Source: Eledone cirrhosa (lineage: Eukaryota). Taken from it: 64,000 nucleotides of DNA. Positions 55,393 through 64,000 of this stretch are shown here, piece after piece (the first letter of the stretch is position 1; each line of letters opens with the position of its first letter). A model generated the notes under the pieces. The model searched no databases and had not been told where the DNA came from. It saw only the letters and a list, made by a program, of their open reading frames with translations. Made by a program: the position numbers and the translations under genes. The stretch covers positions 55,428,001 through 55,492,000 of the forward strand of contig OZ024742.1 of assembly GCA_964016885.1 (NCBI GenBank), written 5' to 3'.

Positions 55393-56591
55393 AAATGGCG
55401 TGATTCGTGGTTGCAAATGGGTTACATATGAAAAATATTAGTCCTTCATCAGTGATCTTCCAACCTTCATTGGTATTTCTTCGCTTTAAATATCATATAC
55501 CTCTGGTTGTTGCGAGCAATAACTAAAGAGAGTTATTGGGACACGTAAAATAGGGTGAAGCGAGCGAGACATGTAAACAAACATATATGGTATTGCAACG
55601 GAAAGAGAGGAAGAGAAGAGACAAGTCCGTGATATCTATGAACTTAAGTTCTGTGAAATCATAGACGAGAGATAAAGACCATCCGACCTGGGTGAGATGT
55701 GAGCGAGAAAAGGATTTCACACAGGTCAAACGGGAGGAAGTGAGAGAGGGGGAAGGCAGAGAGTGAGTGAGTAAAAATGTGAGAAAGAGGCCAGCTGAGA
55801 GAGAGAGTGACTAGCTATATATCTGGTTGGTGCGAGCAATAACTAAAAAAAAGTTATTGGGACACATAAATTAGGGTGAAGCAAGCGAGACATGTAAACA
55901 AACATAGATGGTAATGCAACGGAAAGAGAGGAAGAGAAGAAACAAGTCCGTGATATCTATGAACTTAAGTTCTGTGAAATCATTGACGAGAGATAAAGAC
56001 CATCCGACCTGGTACATAAGTGAGCGAGAAAAGGATTTCACACAGGTCAAACGGGAGGAAGTGAGAGAGGGGTAGTAGCAGAGAGTTATTGAGTGAAAGT
56101 GTGATGAAGAGGCGAAGAAATACCCATGAAGGTTGGAAAATCACTGATGGAGGACTAATCTTTTTCATATGAAACCCATTTGCAACCACGCAGCATGCCA
56201 TTTTTTATATATTTATATTTTTTCCTCGGCCAGCTGGCCTCTTCCTCACAATTTCACTCACTCTCTGCTACTCCCCCTCTCTCACTTCCTCCCGTTTGAC
56301 CTGTGTGAAATCCTTTTCTCGCTCACATCTCACCCATGTCGGATGGTCTTTATCTCTCGTCTATGATTTAACAGAACTTAAGTTCATAGATATCACGGAC
56401 TTTTTTCTTCTCTTCCTCTCTTTCCATTGCATTACCATCTATGTTTGTTTAATTGTCTAGCTCGCTTCACCCTATTTTACGTGTCCCAATAACTCTCTTT
56501 AGTTATTGCTCGCACCAACCAGACGTATATGATCTTTAAAGCGAAGAAATACCAATGAAGGTTGGAAGATCACTGATGAAGGACTAATTTT

Positions 56592-56598
<7 letters not shown>
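55393..56598. repeat. Complex foldback with internal direct repeats, (TA)n-flanked
   Basis: 55426-55490 inverted vs 56535-56598 and 56108-56170; 55503-55800 repeated at 55822-56105 and inverted at 56228-56522. Confidence 0.85.
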
Positions 56599-56627
<29 letters not shown>

Positions 56628-56727
56628 AGTATATGTTGGTTGTTTACCAGGAGCTCGACATATCGGAATATTGAAGGAGTAAAACACTTCAACAACATGT
56701 GTACCTGTCTCTACCACACAAATTCGG

Positions 56728-56782
56728 ACTGCCTGAAGAGGTCACAGCCAATGATGGCTGTCACCGAAATATATATAGCACT
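56728..56782 (+). ncRNA. Hammerhead ribozyme motif
   Basis: TGC-CTGAAGA-GGT c ACAGCCA atga TGGCTGT c ACC-GAAA-TATATA-TA-GCA. Confidence 0.75.
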
Positions 56783-57689
56783 ACATCTTTAATAAACGAA
56801 GCCAAATTTTAAATATTTGACTTAATTATTTTATATATATATATATATAAAGAGAGAGAGGGAGACAGTGTGTGTGTGTGTGTGTGACACACACAAATTG
56901 GATCCTCTGTCACCTCCGGAGTCTGGTATTCGTTTCCTCAATCAAACGAATTCGCAGCACCTAAGTAAATATAGGTTGAGTATTTTACATATTAGAGATG
57001 TGTACGTTTGACGTTTATACTAAGCTGAATCAAACTCAATATCTGATTAGGCAGGACATTAGAATTAGAGTTCAAAATCTATCTGATGGTCTTCTACACA
57101 ATTTCCGTGTACGGGGTTTTATTCACAACGCTTGAGCCGGCCTGTTCCTATTGTAAATACATTGGCTAAAGGATGAGTTATAGTAGTACGCTGAAATACA
57201 CATAACTAATACTGTAAAATTCATAATTCAATAATAGAAATGTGTGTATGTCTGTAAGTATCAATACAAAGAGTGAGAATATGGAGAATTATTTTCTCTT
57301 TTCTAAATAAAAGACCCTGTGGTGAGATTTAATATTGCATAATTGTGTGCCTTCATGGCAGGGAATCATTTGCTAGCATTTAAAGCGAGAGGTTAATTGT
57401 GACAACTTAAAACGAGAGTTCATAGTGGGTATTTCAATTCTGATTTGTTTTTAGATTGTTGGGTATCTTTGATTCCTTCACGTGCATTTGCCTGGAGAGA
57501 TATAGTTTCTCGTTAAATTCTTAATTGGTTAATTTGTTTTTTTCCTCGTTGATTTTCTTATTTATCAATTAAATACCTGGGTTATTGTTTATTTTAACTT
57601 ATCTATCACACATATATAAGTCTGGCAACTTTTTATCGTTTAATATAATTTTAATTACTAAGTTAAAAACATGCAGCTATATATATATA

Positions 57690-58090
57690 CTAGCTGACGT
57701 ACCCAGCTTCGCCCGTGTAAACAGATGATAAGAGAAGACAGGTAAAAGAGAAAATGACTGCATTGGATGTTTGTCTGGTTACAGTATGAGGCGAGTCTTT
57801 GGTGTCTGTGTGATACAAAAAGCAGTAAAAAAATCCTCCAGATATACCGGATTCTTCATTGTACCGTTTGAGCATAGTATATGAAACATTCTAGGTGCTC
57901 CCACCTATAATAGTGACCTCTAGGCGATGGTTCATTTTCTGCCTGACTGTAAAACGTGTATCATTGCATAGACGTGGCTGTTCCACGTTTCTCAAAAGGA
58001 TGATGGAAGTTCCAATCGTTTATATTATATGTAGATATAGATATAGATAATTAATATAAAAGATGTCCGTCAATGTAACAAAAGGTCCCC
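57690..58090 (-). mobile_element. Non-autonomous Helitron 3'-end copy
   Basis: Reverse complement of 54040-54440; CTAG at 57690-57693. Confidence 0.85.
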
Positions 58091-60512
58091 ATTTATATCG
58101 TGACGACTGTCTTCTTCTTTCCACTGACCTTAGCCTATCAGAAATTGAAAAAAAAAAAAAAATTATTAGAACCTTCCTCAAAGACTATTATAGTCTCACT
58201 ATTACATTTGAATACACCAGTAAAGTAGTTAATTTCCTTGATATAACTTTAGACTTATCTACGCGTATCTACCAATCTTACCATAAACCTAACCAAAACT
58301 TACATTACATACACTCACAATCTAATCACCCTAGATCTATCCTTAAAAACCTAGCATATAACATCTCACTCAGAATTTCTAAACTTTCATCTAACCAGGA
58401 TGTATTCGATAAAAATGCGACCTTTTATAACGAAGCTTTAGCTAGAAGCGGCCACAAAAACAAATTAGTCTATATACCTTGAACCAATAATACTTCAAAC
58501 ATACAACCCAATATTACCAACAAACAACAAATGAAAAACACACACCTAAATTCCACTCACACTATACCCAAAAATACCAACTTGAAACTGAATTTCTCTA
58601 CCTCTTCTCACATACAATATAACTTTCAAAAAACCATTCATCCTACTACTCCAATATACGTTAATAACATTACTAACAAAATTCATAATAATCAGACTAA
58701 AACACCTAAATCAGTTACTCTAACTAAACCTATATATGATAAATTCACTAATACTAACTCTCTTAGTAAACATTCTGATTCATCGTATAAATATAAAAAA
58801 ACAACATCGAAACCGTAATAGACGAGTTACTTGGTATAATGCTTCATTTAATCTACAAATTAAAGATAATATCCCTAAAAATTGTTTTACTATCCCAGAG
58901 AAAATCTTCCCGCCAAACCATAAATACTATCAAATTTTAAATAGATCAACGGTCAAATTTTCCTACTCCTCTACCAAAAATATACAACACAATATAAGTG
59001 CCTACAATGCATATAGATGTAAGAAAAAACATGAATATACCACCAACACATCAAACTAACCATAATACTAAAATAAACTGCAACAAACCACCATCTCCTT
59101 CACATATAATAAGTCGAGTAAACTCCACGCCAAATTTGACTAACTCCCCTGATATAATATTCACGAACGGTTGTAACTGTAGAAACAAAGGAAATTGCCC
59201 ATTAAAAGGAAATTGTCTTATTAATAACATAGTATATAAATGTAAGATTAGCACTAAGGACTCAACTTATTCATATATAGGAGCTACTCTAACCAATTTA
59301 AAGTAAGATTTAGTACCCACAAACATAGTTTTAAAAATGCCGCATTAGCTATTACAACGTCCTTGGCTGAAATAATGAATAATTATAGAAAAGAATATCG
59401 ATTATAACCTGACTTGGAGTGTGCTCAAAAGGGCCACCCCTTATCAAAATAACAGATATGAGTGTAGATTATGTTCCCAGGAACTTTTGAAATAATGAAA
59501 TCTGAGGATATCCTATTAAATAAGCGACAATAATTAATTATATCGTGCAATCATAGAATTAGAAGAATTTAAAAATATTATAAACCTAATTAATATACAC
59601 CTTACACTTATACTTTACAAATTATTATAATTAGTTTTTTTTTGTTTTTTTTTTATTTAGTTAACCTATAATTAGTATTTTATTACTGAGAACTTCATAA
59701 TTTTATTTACCTTTTACAGCTCTCTTTTCCTAAAATTAATACCTAAAAGCATACATATAAACTATTTTAATTTCCTGTTATGAATCTAAATTCCTTGTAG
59801 TCTATATAAGTTTGTTATTTCTCACTAATAGATTTATTCCAAAAGATTTTTTCTTTCATTTTTAACAACATTCTTTAATAACATCTAACTCTTATTTATC
59901 TATATGAATAAATATAAATTTATCCCTATAAGTATACCTATCCATTAAATTAAATTATTTTCTTGTTATAGATCTAAATTCCTTGTATTTTAAATAAGAT
60001 TGGTATTTCACACTAACACATTTACCCTAAAATGTTATTCTCCTTCGATCTTAACATTAACATTACTATTTAATAACATCAAATTTTCGTGTACCTTTCA
60101 CCAGCTTCACCTCTTTTCATCCCCAAAGTAATCTTTTCATTCAAAGTATTCTTTCCATTCAAAACTTAAGTCTGCATTCCTCTACCCCTAAATTAAATGT
60201 TTACTACTACTATTCTATCAACTTGATCACTTACTACTTTTCTATTGGTCAATTCAAAACCTGTTCCCAAACAGACCTATTATATTAAATCTTTGTTGTT
60301 TTTTTTCAATAAATAAAATCATTATTTCTGAAGACAGCATATGTATGTGTAGGTATGTATATTCCCTCTGATAGTTTGTAAAATCTTTACATAGATCTAT
60401 ATGATATACATACCAACACACACATATATATCATAGAAAACGATCGTAAAATGATGAATTTTTTTAATATAAGGAACTGTTTCTTTGTTTTTATTCATTG
60501 TTTTTATTACTT
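58091..60512 (+). mobile_element. 5'-truncated Penelope-like element (Naiad-like), decayed
   Basis: RT YRDD, FLDITLDL, YHKP, SNHP; linker CNCRNKGNC (CxCx5C); GIY-YIG IVYKC...YIGAT; terminal HHR. Confidence 0.85.
60318..60455 (+). ncRNA. Hammerhead motif at PLE 3' end with ~100-nt stem II
   Basis: ATCATTATTT-CTGAAGA...GGTATGTATAT/ATATACATACC...GAAA-ACGATCG-TA-AAATGAT. Confidence 0.6.
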
Positions 60513-60663
60513 TATCTTGACTCTATTTTCCTGTGATTTTCATCGAAAAAAATGTTTGAATACATCTTCTCTTTCCATGATATTTGGATTACATTGAATA
60601 CTTCATACGGATTGGACACTGCCGTATATTTTGGTAGATTTATCTGCATATATTTATATATAT

Positions 60664-60781
<118 letters not shown>

Positions 60782-61081
60782 TATATATATATACATATAT
60801 CATAAATCATGTCCTTAGAATTATTAGATAAAATTCATACTATTTCCTCTTCTAATTAGCATAATTAAGTATATAAAAAATCAATTAGACCAAGCTATAA
60901 GATGAAAGGCTCTTATCAAGAAATCTCCGACAAATAACTGAAAGTGGCCTCTTCGCGGTGGCCCCAATATATTATTTATCCAACATTTCGACAGCATGTA
61001 GAAACTGACCAAATATATCATCAACCATACACAAGTAGGTGTAAAATTAAACTTAGAAGAAATGTGTACATACCGTAATTA

Positions 61082-61160
61082 TATCTCTACCATGGTTTCA
61101 TCCGTATTTATAGACGTCCAAATAATAGGAATGTCTTGAGTTAGGATTCATCAGGAGACA
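61082..61160 (-). ncRNA. Canonical type I hammerhead ribozyme
   Basis: TGTCTC-CTGATGA-ATCC...GGAT-GAAA-CCATGG-TA-GAGATA. Confidence 0.8.
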
Positions 61161-61739
61161 AACTCAAAATCAGACATCTAGTTTTCCAACCCGATCGCGC
61201 CAAAATTAGATTAAAAAATGGCTAAGAATCGCTATGTGGCTGTGGTCAAGCTAGAAAGAATGTGATTGGTTGCTTACGGCGGGTAGGTTTGCTGCTAGAA
61301 AGCGCAGCCAAATATCGCCAAAGTGAATCTCAACCTAACGGAAGATTATTAAATATAAAGATTTACATATACATAAAGTCATAGATATATATATTTTGCA
61401 ACCGGTCACTTTTAAGCTCTATGAAGAATTAATAAATTAAATAATCAGAGCAATATATCATAAATCATGTCCTTAGAATTATTAGATAAAATATATACTA
61501 TTTCCTCTTCTAATTAGCATAATTAACCATATAAAAAATCAATTAGACAAAGCTATAAGAAGAAAGGCTCTTATGAAGAAATCTCCGACAAATAACTGAA
61601 AGTGGCCTCTTCGCGGTGGCCCCAATAGATTATTTATCCAACATTTCGACAGCATGTAGAAACTGACCAAATATATCATCAACCATACATAATTAGGTGT
61701 AAAATTAAACTTAGAAGAAATGTGTACATACAGTAATGA

Positions 61740-61823
61740 TATCTCTACCATGGTTTCATCCGTATTTTTAGACATCCAAATAATAGGAATGTCTTGAGTT
61801 AGGATTGGATTCATCAGGAGACA
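61740..61823 (-). ncRNA. Canonical type I hammerhead ribozyme (second unit)
   Basis: Same motif as 61082-61160 with a 5-nt duplication in stem II. Confidence 0.8.
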
Positions 61824-62199
61824 AACTCAAAATCAGACATCTAGTTTTCCAACCTGATCGCGCCAAAATTAGATTCAAAAATGGCTAAGAATCGCTATGT
61901 GGCTGTGGTCAAGCTAAAAGAATGTGATTTGTTGCTTACGGCGGGTAGGCTTGCTGCTAGAAAGCGCAGCCAAATATCGCCAAATTGAATCTCAACCTAA
62001 CGGGAGATTATTAAATATAAAGGTTTACATATACATAAAGTCATAGATATATATTTGTTGCAATCGGTCACTTTTAAGCTCTATGAAGAATTAATAAATT
62101 AAATAATCAGAACAATATATCATAAATCATGTCCTTAGAATTATTATATATATATCTATAACTTTATGTATATGTAAACCTTTATATACATATATATAG

Positions 62200-62246
<47 letters not shown>

Positions 62247-62350
62247 TATTGAAATTTCCGTTGGAAACAGAAAAGGTCATAGAAATGAAGAGTGCTCTAT
62301 GTAAGTATCAGAGCAAAATTCAATGTATAAAAATCAATACAATATAATTA

Positions 62351-62420
62351 CCTCATTACCAGAGGTTTCCCGAATGAGGCGAATACGAAATAAACGACTT
62401 CATTCGTTCGTCAGACGAGG
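62351..62420 (-). ncRNA. Hammerhead ribozyme motif
   Basis: CCTCGT-CTGACGA-A-CGAATGA...TCATTCG-G-GAAA-CC tct GG-TA-ATGAGG. Confidence 0.75.
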
Positions 62421-62510
62421 CAATATAAAACATGGGTAAATACTTAGAAAAACTCATCAAGAAAATCAAAAAAAGATATAGATAAATGAAATAGAAACTG
62501 AAATATATAA

Positions 62511-63527
<1,017 letters not shown>

Positions 63528-64000
63528 TGATATTTTATGTATATATTTGATTTATAGATTAATATTATTTGAATATATTACTATCAAATGCTTCGTTCAT
63601 TCGCCTTTGTTGTGCGATACCTAGTTATAAATTTCAAAATATTTTAAAGTTTCTCCTTATTAGTTATTATATGTTTTTCCTCTCTTTTCAGACGTTTAAT
63701 GATATACATAAATTAACATTGTTGGGAGTACAATATTTAACATTTGATACTTTCATTTTTGCAGATAATATTTGTTCTGTAAATTAGCTGTGTATTATTT
63801 ACATTTCAGATTTAAGAAACATATTGAGTGCAGACGTTGAGTAGAAAGTCTTATAATTGATAAGAGAAAATAGAACAGGTGTGTTTTTAGTAGAAATGTG
63901 AAGTAGATATTTCAGGTATATTTCAATTATAGGATGTTAATTGTTAAGACGGAACGAAACGTGAAATGAAGCGTATCGCTCCAGAATACAAAACGCAACC

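Larger units (their letters stand above)
60797..62146 (-). mobile_element. Retrozyme-like head-to-tail tandem, ~660 bp unit (2 units plus a short overlap)
   Basis: CATAAATCATGTCCTTAGAATTATTA at 60801, 61459 and 62121; one HHR per unit; no ORF; (TA)n flanks. Confidence 0.8.

Noticed and set aside
58480-58482. TGA in the Naiad-like ORF as a possible selenocysteine codon
   Set aside because: Not at an evident conserved Cys position, the element has other stops and frameshifts, and no SECIS was identified

Overview
AT-rich eukaryotic, repeat-saturated DNA. The SINE types and (TA)n/(CA)n density suggest an octopus/cephalopod genome; this is an inference. No intact host gene can be supported, and almost every ORF in the supplied track is a microsatellite artefact. 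Recognisable transposon relics are: a degenerate RepHel Helitron (~48.2-55.3 kb); four RLE-type (R4/Dong-like) LINE pieces; a Tx1/L1-like LINE; a CRE-like fragment; RTE-derived short elements; tRNA-type SINEs; and two Penelope-like elements (PLEs). The main unexpected signal is about 20 type-I hammerhead-ribozyme (HHR) motifs, found by eye, from more than ten unrelated non-coding repeat families. Most lie in (TA)n-flanked units built as foldbacks or as head-to-tail tandems of ~307, ~524 and ~660 bp (retrozyme-like or non-autonomous PLEs). Two of these families carry the compensatory U3:A8 core (UUGANAA). One foldback unit has a complete tRNA-like cloverleaf head. All structures were read manually; no folding or database search was run.
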